This document shows positions 45,186-54,403 of a DNA stretch of 60,562 nucleotides, in pieces; position 1 is the stretch's first letter, and each line of letters starts with the position of its first letter. Position numbers and translations under genes: made by a program. The notes under the pieces are model-generated. The model had not been told where the DNA came from. It did no database searches and saw only the letters and a program-made list of their open reading frames with translations. Source of the DNA: a virus (Duplodnaviria; Caudoviricetes); the IMG/VR virus record IMGVR_UViG_3300042938_001279, positions 1 through 60,562 of that record; one strand, written 5' to 3'.

Positions 45186-47320
45186 GGGTTGAGCTCCGGT
45201 GGAATCTGAGGAGAAGGGGGGCCCCCGCCGCCGCCGTCACCGGGCGGAGGTGGACCGCTCGGGCCAGTCGGCGGCAAGCCCGGGTCCCCGGGAGGCAGCG
45301 GCGGGGGAGGAGGTGGAGGTTCCGGCAAGAGGTAGGGCGTCGGGTCAATGTCGAGGCTCTTTGCCCAATCGGATATCAGGGCGTTCCACACCGTCACCAT
45401 GCCGGTGGAGGCGAGCTGCTGTGCGATCGGGCCGATGGTCTGCATGGCCATCTGCATCTGCTCGACCTTCCCGGCCTTGTTGGGCTTGCGGGCGGAGCCT
45501 GCTTCGATGCGATACTGGAACTCTCGGGCAATGGCGTTGATGCCGATCGGGATGATCCTCTTGTCCCAGGCCTCGGCGCCGAGAGGGCCAATGATTGGGG
45601 CCACGTCCTTGCCTTCGAGGAGCCAGCGTGCCGCCAGTGCCTCTCGCCTTGCCAGCATGCTCATGGCGTCTTCTAAGACGTTTGCCATGTCGTCAGGACG
45701 GACGCTGATCTGCTCTGACTTGACCTGGGCTTCAGCAGCACTTCTAAACTGATTTCTGGTCATACCGTAAACTAATTCGGTAAGACCGACCCGTTTGTCA
45801 AACAACTCCATAAGAGCTGTAAGAATCTCCCAGATGTCGCGGTTCACCGACGGCATCGTCAGCACCGAGACAATCTCGTTGATGTTCCGCCCCATGGTCT
45901 CCGAGAGCTCCACCAGCGTGAAGCCGCCCTGCTCGTGCTTGAGAATCTGGTCCTTGAAATCCTGCTCGGCCGCCTTGTTGACGGCGATGACCGTCTTGCA
46001 CGACACCATGATCCTGGAGATCAAGAACGAGATGATCCAGTTGATGCACTTCAGTTCCGGGATGCCTGGCTTGATGTGACTGATCGGCCAGGAGTATCCG
46101 GTCTTGCGGTGGAACTGGAGCGCAACAAACGGCCACCCGTTGTTCTCGGTGTAGAAGGGGATCGGCCACCTGGTTCGACCGAAAAGCGTTTCCGGCATTC
46201 CGGTCTCGGGATCGATCTGCTCAAGAGCCACTGCCTTTGGCGCATTCAACGGAAAATCCACGCCTTCCGCGACCACGATGTAGCAGTTGTCACCCAAGGA
46301 ATCGAATCGATCTCGGAACTCCTTTGGGGACCCCTTGAGGGTGTGGCCGAAGCCGGTCTTGGACCAGATTTTCCAGTAAACCACCAGGTCGTTCGTCTGG
46401 CCGTTCTTCTTCTTGTTTCGATAGCCACGATCACCGATTGCGGCCTCGGATTCGTAGCTCTCGATGTGGCCCTTGAGGTCTTCGTCGTTGAGCTGATACT
46501 TCTTTCTCAGGTATCCAATTGGGTGAACGCACCGTCTTGCGCACCAGAGGATATCTTCCTGCTCGTCAGCGTCAGGGTCCCACTGGATGTTGTCGCTGGA
46601 GTCGAAGAAGCTGCCGATCACGCTGTAGGGCTCACCCTCGTCGCCTTCGAGATCGATGGATTCCGTCCACCACAAGCCGAGTCCGGTGACGATCGCCTCA
46701 TCGACACATTTCCTGGACTGCTCTTTGAGGTTGAGCTCGACGGGCGTGTAGTTCAGGTAGGCCTCCATCAGGCCTGCGACCGTTTTTCGGCTGTCCTCTT
46801 CCGCGGCTATGGCGTTGGACACCGCGATGAACTTCTGCATCGGGTCTTCGACCGGCATCCCCGTGTTCGGGTCGATCTGCGGCATCCCCGTCATGGGGTC
46901 AACCGGCGGCGGCGCCGATGGGTCAATGCCGAGCGTGAGCGGGGAGACCACCGGGAACTTCCGGGGAGTCACCGTGCGAACTGGGTTGCGGTGGTAGATC
47001 ACGCTCGCAAAGAGCTTGACTGCCTCAAACACCTTGTTCACCACGACCTTGAACGCTGGCGTGACGTTCTTGGCGATTGGAGATTGGGCGAGCTTGTCCG
47101 AGTCAGCCCAGAACCAGTCGCCTGTCCCGTCGAAGAAGTTGCGTGCTTCGTGGGCATCGTCGGTGAATATCTGCTTGTGCTCTTGCGACTTCTTGATCTT
47201 TCCCAGCCACGATGACGCGATGGCGCGAAGGGCATCCTCCATGTCTTTCGCAGACGCCTCTCCCTCCATGCCTTCGGCAGGGTTGTCGCTTTGGAGTCGG
47301 AGGTCTTCTTCGAGGCTCAT
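45182..47320 (-). CDS. portal protein (podovirus-type)
   Basis: 712 aa after terminase, RSAAEAQVK motif, F..RIEAGS motif, Pro-rich tail. Confidence 0.85.
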   Translation of the reverse strand: MSLEEDLRLQSDNPAEGMEGEASAKDMEDALRAIASSWLGKIKKSQEHKQIFTDDAHEARNFFDGTGDWFWADSDKLAQSPIAKNVTPAFKVVVNKVFEAVKLFASVIYHRNPVRTVTPRKFPVVSPLTLGIDPSAPPPVDPMTGMPQIDPNTGMPVEDPMQKFIAVSNAIAAEEDSRKTVAGLMEAYLNYTPVELNLKEQSRKCVDEAIVTGLGLWWTESIDLEGDEGEPYSVIGSFFDSSDNIQWDPDADEQEDILWCARRCVHPIGYLRKKYQLNDEDLKGHIESYESEAAIGDRGYRNKKKNGQTNDLVVYWKIWSKTGFGHTLKGSPKEFRDRFDSLGDNCYIVVAEGVDFPLNAPKAVALEQIDPETGMPETLFGRTRWPIPFYTENNGWPFVALQFHRKTGYSWPISHIKPGIPELKCINWIISFLISRIMVSCKTVIAVNKAAEQDFKDQILKHEQGGFTLVELSETMGRNINEIVSVLTMPSVNRDIWEILTALMELFDKRVGLTELVYGMTRNQFRSAAEAQVKSEQISVRPDDMANVLEDAMSMLARREALAARWLLEGKDVAPIIGPLGAEAWDKRIIPIGINAIAREFQYRIEAGSARKPNKAGKVEQMQMAMQTIGPIAQQLASTGMVTVWNALISDWAKSLDIDPTPYLLPEPPPPPPPLPPGDPGLPPTGPSGPPPPGDGGGGGPPSPQIPPELNP

Positions 47321-47393
47321 GTGTTCCCCTGCCGACCGGCGGCCGGTGTGTTCCTATGGATGCAATCACAAGTATCCACCGGCCGCCGGGAGC

Positions 47394-47756
47394 TTACGCC
47401 TTCTGCTTCGCCGCCCTGACCTTCAGCTCTGTCAGGAGCTGCCGCACGTCGTGCAGCGCTTTCTGGTTGGGGTGAAGCTCCCAAGCTCCCCACCTCATCC
47501 AGTTCCCTGCCAGCTCGCTTTCTCGCCAGAACGGGTCATCAACATGGCGAACGCTCGTCTTCTCGATGAACCCAAACGTCGGTGACCAGATCAGCACCGT
47601 CAGCGTGCTGGACCCTGGCGCCTGGGAAACCCATCCGTTTGCTGCTTGAAGCGGGTTCCTGTCAGCCGGGTTGACGTGGAACAGAATCTGGTCGCCCGGA
47701 ATCACGTCGGGCATCTTAAAGGACTGTGCTTCTTCGTTGGCCTGCGACTCTGACAT
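47394..47756 (-). CDS. hypothetical protein
   Basis: AGGAGG RBS. Confidence 0.7.
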   Translation of the reverse strand: MSESQANEEAQSFKMPDVIPGDQILFHVNPADRNPLQAANGWVSQAPGSSTLTVLIWSPTFGFIEKTSVRHVDDPFWRESELAGNWMRWGAWELHPNQKALHDVRQLLTELKVRAAKQKA

Positions 47757-47829
47757 GGGAGCCTCCTGTGTGAAATTGCCTCCGCGGGCAGACAAGACAT
47801 CACAGAAACTGAGATCGTGCAACCGTCAT

Positions 47830-49524
47830 TCACGCCACCCAGGACTTGGTATATGAATTAGGAGTCAGGTACACAGACCCGTTCACGTTCTTAGCTTCGT
47901 CTCTCTGCTTCTTCCATGCGTACCCCCACCATTCGTCTTTCTGGACGACCGGGACGTGGTATCGCGGTTCGTAAGCGCAGAGGTAGCGAAGACAGTCCAC
48001 GAGGTGGAAGTCTCCTCGCTTGTTTGGCTCGTCCTTCACGACAGTTTGAGTGCCGACGTGCTCGACCTTTTTCTTGTACCTCTTCATCTCGTTTTCGAGA
48101 TTGGGCATGGCGCCGCGCAGCACTCTAAGCCTGGGGGTTCCGTCTGGTCGAATGTGGAGAGCGGTGCGAACCGAATGCAGTCCGGCCTGGATGTTGTCCA
48201 CGCCGGGGATGAAGCTGGAGCCCGTGGCCTGGGAGCGGATGCCAAGGTTGGCAAGCTGCTCGGTGTACTGGTCCTGCGGGCTTCGGCCAGACCCGATGTC
48301 CGTGAGCCGACCTCCGTGCGAATCGATGAGGAAGGCAAAGAACTGCGTGCCTTGGGTCTTCTTCAGCATTTCCTGAGCGAAGATCACCGCATCGCAATTG
48401 CGGATGTAGAGCTCGTCATAGAGCAGGATCATCGTTCCTTCAGGCGGCACTGCGGCGAACGTGACCGCGGTGACCGAGTGCCCGGGATCGATCGAGGCGT
48501 ACCGGCACCACTCCGCCGGAACCTGGCCTCCGGGAAGGGAGGACTGATCGTACCCGTGGATCGACATGTTGAAGTTCGGGTAGACCTTGATCGAGTCGAT
48601 GTTGAACTCGCCCTCGGATCGTTGACGGAGCACGTTCTCACCGGCTGCCGACCAACGCTCCAGCATCTTCCTCTTCTCGTCCTCGGAGATGTGCGGGTTG
48701 TCCATGAAGCGAAGGATGTATCGCTTGATGTCTTTGTTGCCCGTCTCCAGCGCCTTCTCAGCCCGCTCGTTGAGGCTCATCAGCGCGTCATTCTTCGAGT
48801 GCGGCATGGCGGACCACGCGAAGTTCCCCGCGAGGTCAGGGAGGCGGGCCTGCATCTCAAGGACCCAGTCCTCGTTCTCGATGTCCTCATCGATGTGGAC
48901 TCGATTCGCCTTGAAGCCCTGCTGCGGCTTGGCTTCGCTGGAGAAGAAGTGAATCGTCCAGCCGTTGACCAGCTCGCAGACGTTGAGATAGTTGGCGGAC
49001 TTCAGGAGCCACGACATGCTCTTGATGAGTCGCGGCGGAATCAGGGGCGGGGCTGGCTTCGTTTCCTTCTCCCGACCGGCATCGGCCACGGGGTCAAACG
49101 CCCGCCAGTGTCCGGTCGCCTTGTCCCGGATCATCTTGAATGCGCCTGCCTTGAAGAGCATCGGGACGACTGTCAGGCCGATGTGCTTCCATCCGGCGCC
49201 GATGATGACGAGAACCCCGTTTTCCTTGGGGTACTTTCCAGGGACGGGGTGGGTTCCTGTTACAGCCCATGCGTCCTCGATAAACGTGCAGAGGGACTTG
49301 CCCGATCGATTGCCGCCGACCACGAGGATTTCACTCGCCGGGTCCTGGTGATACTCCCACTGCAACTCCGATGGCCGGTACATCTTGAGGGCTTCCGCCC
49401 GCCGAGAGGAAAGCTCGCTCTGCAAGCTCCTGAGTTCGTCTATCTGAAAGGTTGATAGGGAGCTGACCAAAGGGAGCGGCTGAGGACCCGGCTGGGGCTG
49501 GGGCTGGGATTTGGGAGACGACAT
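47830..49524 (-). CDS. terL: terminase large subunit
   Basis: Walker A GGNRSGKS, Walker B VHIDED, nuclease SIDPG and HLVDCLRY. Confidence 0.95.
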   Translation of the reverse strand: MSSPKSQPQPQPGPQPLPLVSSLSTFQIDELRSLQSELSSRRAEALKMYRPSELQWEYHQDPASEILVVGGNRSGKSLCTFIEDAWAVTGTHPVPGKYPKENGVLVIIGAGWKHIGLTVVPMLFKAGAFKMIRDKATGHWRAFDPVADAGREKETKPAPPLIPPRLIKSMSWLLKSANYLNVCELVNGWTIHFFSSEAKPQQGFKANRVHIDEDIENEDWVLEMQARLPDLAGNFAWSAMPHSKNDALMSLNERAEKALETGNKDIKRYILRFMDNPHISEDEKRKMLERWSAAGENVLRQRSEGEFNIDSIKVYPNFNMSIHGYDQSSLPGGQVPAEWCRYASIDPGHSVTAVTFAAVPPEGTMILLYDELYIRNCDAVIFAQEMLKKTQGTQFFAFLIDSHGGRLTDIGSGRSPQDQYTEQLANLGIRSQATGSSFIPGVDNIQAGLHSVRTALHIRPDGTPRLRVLRGAMPNLENEMKRYKKKVEHVGTQTVVKDEPNKRGDFHLVDCLRYLCAYEPRYHVPVVQKDEWWGYAWKKQRDEAKNVNGSVYLTPNSYTKSWVA

Positions 49525-50029
49525 CGTGGACCCTCTTGGCGTTGGTGAGGTGCAGGATGCTCTCGATTCGCTTGTCGATTTCCGACTGCAACTCCTCTTC
49601 GGAGTAGAGGTCGATCGGCTTGCGGGCACCCCCCTGTTCGGTGTTTTTGATGGTGACCCTGGAGATCATCTCCAGCACACCAGACCTGATCCGTGACCCT
49701 GGCTTGGCGTCCCAGAACTGCTTCATGAGGAGCGCGGAGAACCCGTTCACTCCCCCGAAGTTGTTCATGATCGCTTCGGTGAGCTCAGCGGTGTGCGGGA
49801 TGTTCGTGCCGCCAGAAATCTGCCTGCTCACGAACGACTCGACCGCATTGCTCTCGATCTTCTCCAGGTCCGACTGCCGCTTCCTTTTCTTCTGGCACTT
49901 CCGGCACACGCGACGGAACTTGTGCGTGCAGCCCGGCGCTTTGGCGAAATACTTCTTGGTCAGCGGGTACGGGAACTCGCACGCCTCGCACTGCTGCATC
50001 AAGATGTCATCGCTATCGTCTTCGCTCAC
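49331..50029 (-). CDS. putative terminase small subunit with N-terminal Zn finger
   Basis: Immediately upstream of terL. CEAC/CRKC, SEEELQ motif. Confidence 0.6.
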   Translation of the reverse strand: MSEDDSDDILMQQCEACEFPYPLTKKYFAKAPGCTHKFRRVCRKCQKKRKRQSDLEKIESNAVESFVSRQISGGTNIPHTAELTEAIMNNFGGVNGFSALLMKQFWDAKPGSRIRSGVLEMISRVTIKNTEQGGARKPIDLYSEEELQSEIDKRIESILHLTNAKRVHDVVSQIPAPAPAGSSAAPFGQLPINLSDRRTQELAERAFLSAGGSPQDVPAIGVAVGVSPGPGE

Positions 50030-50033
50030 GGAT

Positions 50034-50345
50034 TCACCTGTCGAGCTGCATGACCGAAGCGATCATGGGCCGCATGAGCTGGCCCTCGTCGCCTTGATTC
50101 AGCGCTCTTTGAAGGGTTCGCTCTCGCCAGTTTCCGTACTGGTCGAGAATCTGGCTGGCCATGGACGGCCCGAGCAGGGACTGATTGAGGGATTCCAGCA
50201 TGTCCTGATCCAGCGGGATCGGGGACGTGGAAGTTCCCTGAGCAAGCTCGTTGAAAGCGTCTGTCATGGACGCATCGGCAGCCGCCAGGTCAATGGGGCG
50301 TCCGCCCTGCCGCTCTCGGAGTAAGGCTCGAATGGTGTTGCTCAT
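50034..50345 (-). CDS. hypothetical protein
   Basis: Operon tiling. Confidence 0.6.
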   Translation of the reverse strand: MSNTIRALLRERQGGRPIDLAAADASMTDAFNELAQGTSTSPIPLDQDMLESLNQSLLGPSMASQILDQYGNWRERTLQRALNQGDEGQLMRPMIASVMQLDR

Positions 50346-50350
50346 GTTCT

Positions 50351-50617
50351 TCAGCAGTCCCACTTGCGGAGCGACTTGTTGATCCGGCTGTCGGGGTCTT
50401 TGGCGGTCTTCTTGCTGGTGAGCTTCTTCTTCATGCCCTTCATGCGAGCACAGAACGAGTTTCGCCGCGGCCCACCTTCCGGCTGGGGTGCCTTGAGGTT
50501 GGCGTCGTTCTCGCGGTTGTAGGACGCTCGCCCGGCGGCATTCAGCCCGCCATCGGGGTCTTGCCCTTCCTTGCGGGTCCACGCTCGTTTCTGGAGCTTT
50601 CTGATAACGTCGCTCAT
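50351..50617 (-). CDS. basic conserved phage protein (DUF6321-like)
   Basis: AWTRKEGQ..GGLN..GR.SY...SFCARM...DPDSRINKSLRKWDC. Confidence 0.75.
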   Translation of the reverse strand: MSDVIRKLQKRAWTRKEGQDPDGGLNAAGRASYNRENDANLKAPQPEGGPRRNSFCARMKGMKKKLTSKKTAKDPDSRINKSLRKWDC

Positions 50618-50829
50618 GGTGCCACCAGAATGGTTTTCGGGACCTCGCACTCACCGTCTTCGCACTCCCCGGACATCTTGGCCTCGTCGGCCGGGGTCGG
50701 TTCGCCCGGGGTCATCGAAGCGGCAGCCACTGCCACGGCGGCAGCAGCGCGGGGGCGAGCGGCTTCGATTGCGTCCGGCTCAGCAGACAGGGAGGCCAAG
50801 GCAGCCAGGAGGTAGTTCCAGATGGTCAT
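50614..50829 (-). CDS. small secreted/membrane protein
   Basis: GGAGGA-like RBS, hydrophobic N-terminus. Confidence 0.6.
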   Translation of the reverse strand: MTIWNYLLAALASLSAEPDAIEAARPRAAAAVAVAAASMTPGEPTPADEAKMSGECEDGECEVPKTILVAP

Positions 50830-51101
50830 TTGTCATCCTCTTTGCTGGCCCTCAGGTCATCTTTCCACAGCTCGAACCCCTGCTCGCACAGGGGAGGCGG
50901 GCCGCCCTCCTCGTTGGCGACTTCCCCGCTGCACTGCGGGCAATTTTTCCTGTGGCGGTCAAACCGCGGGGTCAGGATTGGCCTGGGGCGATCGGGGCGA
51001 TGGGCGGGCGATGGCTTGGGGGCGGGCGGCGGCCGGAGCTGGCACCCAAAAAGTGCAAGCCCAGAGAAGGCGGCGGCGAGGATGCAGCTCCGCATGCTCA
51101 T
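50826..51101 (-). CDS. putative lipoprotein (spanin-like?)
   Basis: MRSCILAAAFSGLALFG|C lipobox followed by a Pro-rich linker. Confidence 0.6.
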   Translation of the reverse strand: MSMRSCILAAAFSGLALFGCQLRPPPAPKPSPAHRPDRPRPILTPRFDRHRKNCPQCSGEVANEEGGPPPLCEQGFELWKDDLRASKEDDK

Positions 51102-51208
51102 CGATCGACCCTCCGAACAACGGACACCGCAAGGACCGTTCCGACCACAGCGCCGAGGAGGGCGCCAACGAAAGCCAGCCCGCCGACAATCAAGAACATC
51201 TCGAACAT
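51098..51208 (-). CDS. 36-aa single-TM peptide, not in the ORF track
   Basis: MFEMFLIVGGLAFVGALLGAVVGTVLAVSVVRRVDR*, GGAGG RBS, coupled on both sides. Confidence 0.6.
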   Translation of the reverse strand: MFEMFLIVGGLAFVGALLGAVVGTVLAVSVVRRVDR

Positions 51209-51489
51209 CACCAACCTCCCTCGTGATTGAGGATGCGGTTGCCCTGCTCGTCATACTTCACGATCGAGCCAATGGCGTCCTGGGATGGGTCATGCTCTTC
51301 CTTGAGCGGCGCCTTCTCGGCTGCCAGCGCAAACCACAGCCCGAACTTGGCGATCTTCGACAGAAACTTGAGGACCGGCCGGGGCTTCTCGTGAGGAATG
51401 AACGGCGAATGATCCGAGTGCGTGGCCCACCAGCCGAACGTGGCAGCGAGTACGGTGGCAGCAAAAAAGATGCGAGTGGTCTTGTCCAT
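51208..51489 (-). CDS. membrane protein
   Basis: GAGGA RBS, two hydrophobic segments. Confidence 0.7.
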   Translation of the reverse strand: MDKTTRIFFAATVLAATFGWWATHSDHSPFIPHEKPRPVLKFLSKIAKFGLWFALAAEKAPLKEEHDPSQDAIGSIVKYDEQGNRILNHEGGW

Positions 51490-51496
51490 GTCTTCC

Positions 51497-52648
51497 TCAG
51501 AATGCCAGCGACAGTGACGGGGGATCGGCCTTCATCATCCAGTCGAAGTGATTCAGGTCTCGGTACTTGAACCCATCAACTCCGCCTATGGCGAAGCTGT
51601 CGCCCTGACTGATGATGGCGATGGCATCTTCTCTGCTGATCCAGAAAGAACCGTCTGGTTGGTCAGATGGCCACTTAGGACCTGTTACCCAGGTGCTTCC
51701 CCAAGAGTTCATAATGAGGATGCCGTCCTTCTTGCCATCGTTCTTAGCATACCTCACAGCAATTGCGACCATACAATGAGACCAGTTCCCTCCCCTAGGA
51801 AGGAATCCGTCTTGATCTCTTACCTTGGTCCTGGCAAATCCAATGTTGGAGCACACGGGCACTGGGTACCCAGACTCCAGTGCGGCACACAGGCCCTCCC
51901 ACGTTTCGATCAAGGCCACCTTCTGTGCCTTGTGGAGGTTCGCCTCTTTGGCAAGCTCCGCCGGAACTCCGTTGCGGCCCCAGTCCCTGGAGAGCGGGAT
52001 GGAGTAGGTGGTGAGGTCAAAGTTGCCGTACTTCTGGCGATAGAGGATGCCCCCTCGCCCGTTCTTCAGGCCTGACACCCACCTTGCAGCCGCTGCGCCG
52101 TAGCTCCCGTCGCCTCCCGAGTTCACGGATATTGGAGGCAGTCTGGCGGCCGTTCTCGATCCACCGTAAATTGGCTCAGTTGCCACCATAGGAGGCGGCT
52201 GTGCCAATCGTCCTTGCGTCCAGTCTACGCACTGGCCCACATAAGACCCCATAGCCCAGCCCATGCTTACGCACGTCCCGGCTTCCCCTTGATTGAATGG
52301 GCCGAGGGGCTTCTGGTAGACCGCTTGGTGAGCTTTGATCGCTGCCCGGTACGGGAACGTGTCCACTCCCCGGGCCTTTTGGATCACCTCCTCCCCAGCT
52401 TCCCGAAAGGTCGGCTTGTCCAGCTCACCCAAGAACTGACGCACGCCGTCGGGATCGGGCGTGTAGCCGTAGTTTGAAGTGTTGGTGCGCAGGCGGATAC
52501 TCACGTCCTCAAGAGCCCTGGTCAGGCTCCAGCCGAGGAGTGAGATGGCGATGCCAGCAAAAATCCACTTCCAGTGAAGGGGATTGCTCTGGGGGTCGTT
52601 ACTTGGCGGCACGAGCGCTCTCCTTGGCAACATCGCGGAGGGCGGCAA
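51497..52648 (-). CDS. papain-like (C1) cysteine peptidase with N-terminal TM anchor
   Basis: NQGEAGTCVSMG (oxyanion Q, catalytic C), HCMVAIA (H), IMNSWG (N), DGSFWI. TM segment WIFAGIAISLLGWSL. Confidence 0.85.
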   Translation of the reverse strand: MPPSAMLPRRALVPPSNDPQSNPLHWKWIFAGIAISLLGWSLTRALEDVSIRLRTNTSNYGYTPDPDGVRQFLGELDKPTFREAGEEVIQKARGVDTFPYRAAIKAHQAVYQKPLGPFNQGEAGTCVSMGWAMGSYVGQCVDWTQGRLAQPPPMVATEPIYGGSRTAARLPPISVNSGGDGSYGAAAARWVSGLKNGRGGILYRQKYGNFDLTTYSIPLSRDWGRNGVPAELAKEANLHKAQKVALIETWEGLCAALESGYPVPVCSNIGFARTKVRDQDGFLPRGGNWSHCMVAIAVRYAKNDGKKDGILIMNSWGSTWVTGPKWPSDQPDGSFWISREDAIAIISQGDSFAIGGVDGFKYRDLNHFDWMMKADPPSLSLAF

Positions 52649-53051
52649 CCCAGGCGTCTCGGTTCACGAGAGGCCCGGGATCGACTCCCAGCTTGGCAGT
52701 CAGATAGTCCCCGACGATTTTCTTGACGTGCGGCTGACGGGTGCCAATCGACTCGCCGTCCATCATGGCAATGCGAACGCGGCTTCGGAGCTCCTCGACC
52801 TGAAGCCCGGTGGTGTACCAGGGGCTCGGACGCTTGCCGTCGTCCGACAGTTCGTGGGCAATCTCCTCCACCATCACGGAGAAGTCGGCGGCATCCTTGG
52901 CCGCAGCCGGACCGATGAACTGTCCCTTGAGGGTCAGGCCGGAGACCGAATCTGGCACCACCTCCGGCCTTGGCGCCGAGTTCTTGCCGAGGTTCCACGC
53001 CAAAAAGGCGAGAACTGCCGCCACGAGATAAGGCCTGAGTTCCTGGTTCAC
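52599..53051 (-). CDS. N-terminally anchored membrane protein
   Basis: YLVAAVLAFLAW, GGAGG RBS. Confidence 0.7.
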   Translation of the reverse strand: MNQELRPYLVAAVLAFLAWNLGKNSAPRPEVVPDSVSGLTLKGQFIGPAAAKDAADFSVMVEEIAHELSDDGKRPSPWYTTGLQVEELRSRVRIAMMDGESIGTRQPHVKKIVGDYLTAKLGVDPGPLVNRDAWVAALRDVAKESARAAK

Positions 53052-53329
53052 TTTTCCTCCAGTGCCGCCTGGATGAGGTCAAACGCTGCCTTGAGCTCCG
53101 GCGTCAGCTTCTCGTCGGCAGCGAGCTTCTTGCGGACAAACGCCAGGTCCGGCTTGGCCAGCACGTTGGCGACCGGAAGGCCAGGGTGAGCGGTGTATGC
53201 AGGCGGAGGCGCTGGTGCCGCGGCAGCCGTGGATGCGAACTGCTGAGGCTTGCTGCCGGGTTCGTTGACTGCCGAGAGGATTTTCCACGCGACGTAGAGG
53301 CCCACGCACACAACAATGGTCTCGGTCAC
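53048..53329 (-). CDS. N-terminally anchored membrane protein
   Basis: GTG start, IVVCVGLYVAWKIL. Confidence 0.65.
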   Translation of the reverse strand: MTETIVVCVGLYVAWKILSAVNEPGSKPQQFASTAAAAPAPPPAYTAHPGLPVANVLAKPDLAFVRKKLAADEKLTPELKAAFDLIQAALEEK

Positions 53330-53679
53330 GCTGAGGCCCTCACGTCGGGAAGCGATCTGTCCAGAACGCCGGACAGGATGGCGATGATGAGCGATCGCGC
53401 GACAGGCTTGACGAACGGCCAGACCGTCCACTTGGCAAGAACTGGGACGCACTGGTCGGCCACAGCATCAAAGAGCATGCCGATGGCGATTTCCACGTCC
53501 TTTTTCTTAACCTTGCCTGGGACATCGAGGTCGTCCAAGCCAAGCGCCACCATCTTCAGCAGGGCAAATGCCAGGCTGCCAAAGTCAGCGAAGGAGAGGC
53601 CATCCTTGGCCTTCTCCCTCGCGTCATCGATGAACGCCTGGACCCGTTGCTCAAGCGTGAGAACCGGGCTGTCGCCCAT
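53326..53679 (-). CDS. hypothetical amphipathic/membrane protein (holin candidate)
   Basis: GAGGAG RBS, hydrophobic helices, first gene of the membrane cluster. Confidence 0.55.
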   Translation of the reverse strand: MGDSPVLTLEQRVQAFIDDAREKAKDGLSFADFGSLAFALLKMVALGLDDLDVPGKVKKKDVEIAIGMLFDAVADQCVPVLAKWTVWPFVKPVARSLIIAILSGVLDRSLPDVRASA

Positions 53680-53704
53680 CGATTGTCTCCTCGTGTCGCT
53701 TCAG

Positions 53705-53777
53705 TGGGGGCGGCCGGACTCGAACCGGCGGCCTCCTGGTTATGAGCCAGGTGAGCTACCAACTGCTCCACGCCCCG
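53705..53777 (-). tRNA. tRNA-Met(CAT), initiator-like
   Basis: Cloverleaf CGGGGCG-TG-GAGC/GCTC-CCTGG CTCATAA CCAGG-GCCGG TTCGAGT CCGGC-CGCCCCC-A. C1:C72 mismatch, A11-U24 pair, CCA not encoded. Confidence 0.93.
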
Positions 53778-53783
53778 CCAGAA

Positions 53784-54344
53784 TCAGGTTGCCGTCGGGA
53801 TGTGTGCGCTGTTGGACGTTCCGCCGACGATGATCCGCACCAGGCTGTTCGCTGCGGTGGCGATAGTCTCGCCCAAGCCGAGGCCCGCGATGGCGTTCCC
53901 GGACGTGCCGACTGCCATCTTCGTCCCGACGGTGGGAGTGGCCGCGGTGGCCACCGAAGTCGGGCCCTGGATGACACCCCAGAAAATATCCTTGATCGCA
54001 ACGCTCCCGGACGTGCCGTCGGGAAGCAGCGACGGAAGGTACTCGTCCACCACAGCCACCTGGAAGTCGGTGGTCACAGCGAGCGAGAGGGCGTCAGTGG
54101 TGCGGAACTTCACCAACTGGCCCTTGGTGAGCACGGCGCCCGTGTTGTTCCGCAGTGCGATGCAGCGGACGTACCGCGTCGGGAAGTTGACGATCCCGGC
54201 CGGATAGGTGGCAGGGTTCTGGTCCATGAAGACCTTCTCCATCCCGGCCGTTCCTACTCCGAAGGTCGGGTCGGAGAGGGTGGCGATTCCGCCGCCAAGG
54301 GTCTGGCCTCGCCCGAACTGTGGGTCTGCTGTGGTCGTGGGCAT
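53784..54344 (-). CDS. capsid decoration/cement protein
   Basis: Directly after the MCP. RN.TG...G...FWGVIQGP pattern. Confidence 0.65.
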   Translation of the reverse strand: MPTTTADPQFGRGQTLGGGIATLSDPTFGVGTAGMEKVFMDQNPATYPAGIVNFPTRYVRCIALRNNTGAVLTKGQLVKFRTTDALSLAVTTDFQVAVVDEYLPSLLPDGTSGSVAIKDIFWGVIQGPTSVATAATPTVGTKMAVGTSGNAIAGLGLGETIATAANSLVRIIVGGTSNSAHIPTAT

Positions 54345-54403
54345 TGCTGTTGTCTACCTCGAAGGAATGGATGTGTGGTGAAAACTCTCGGTGGAACCTT
54401 GGC

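Noticed and set aside
53680-53704. tRNA-associated ribozyme
   Set aside because: Only 25 nt separate the tRNA from the next start codon, and they contain just the RBS.
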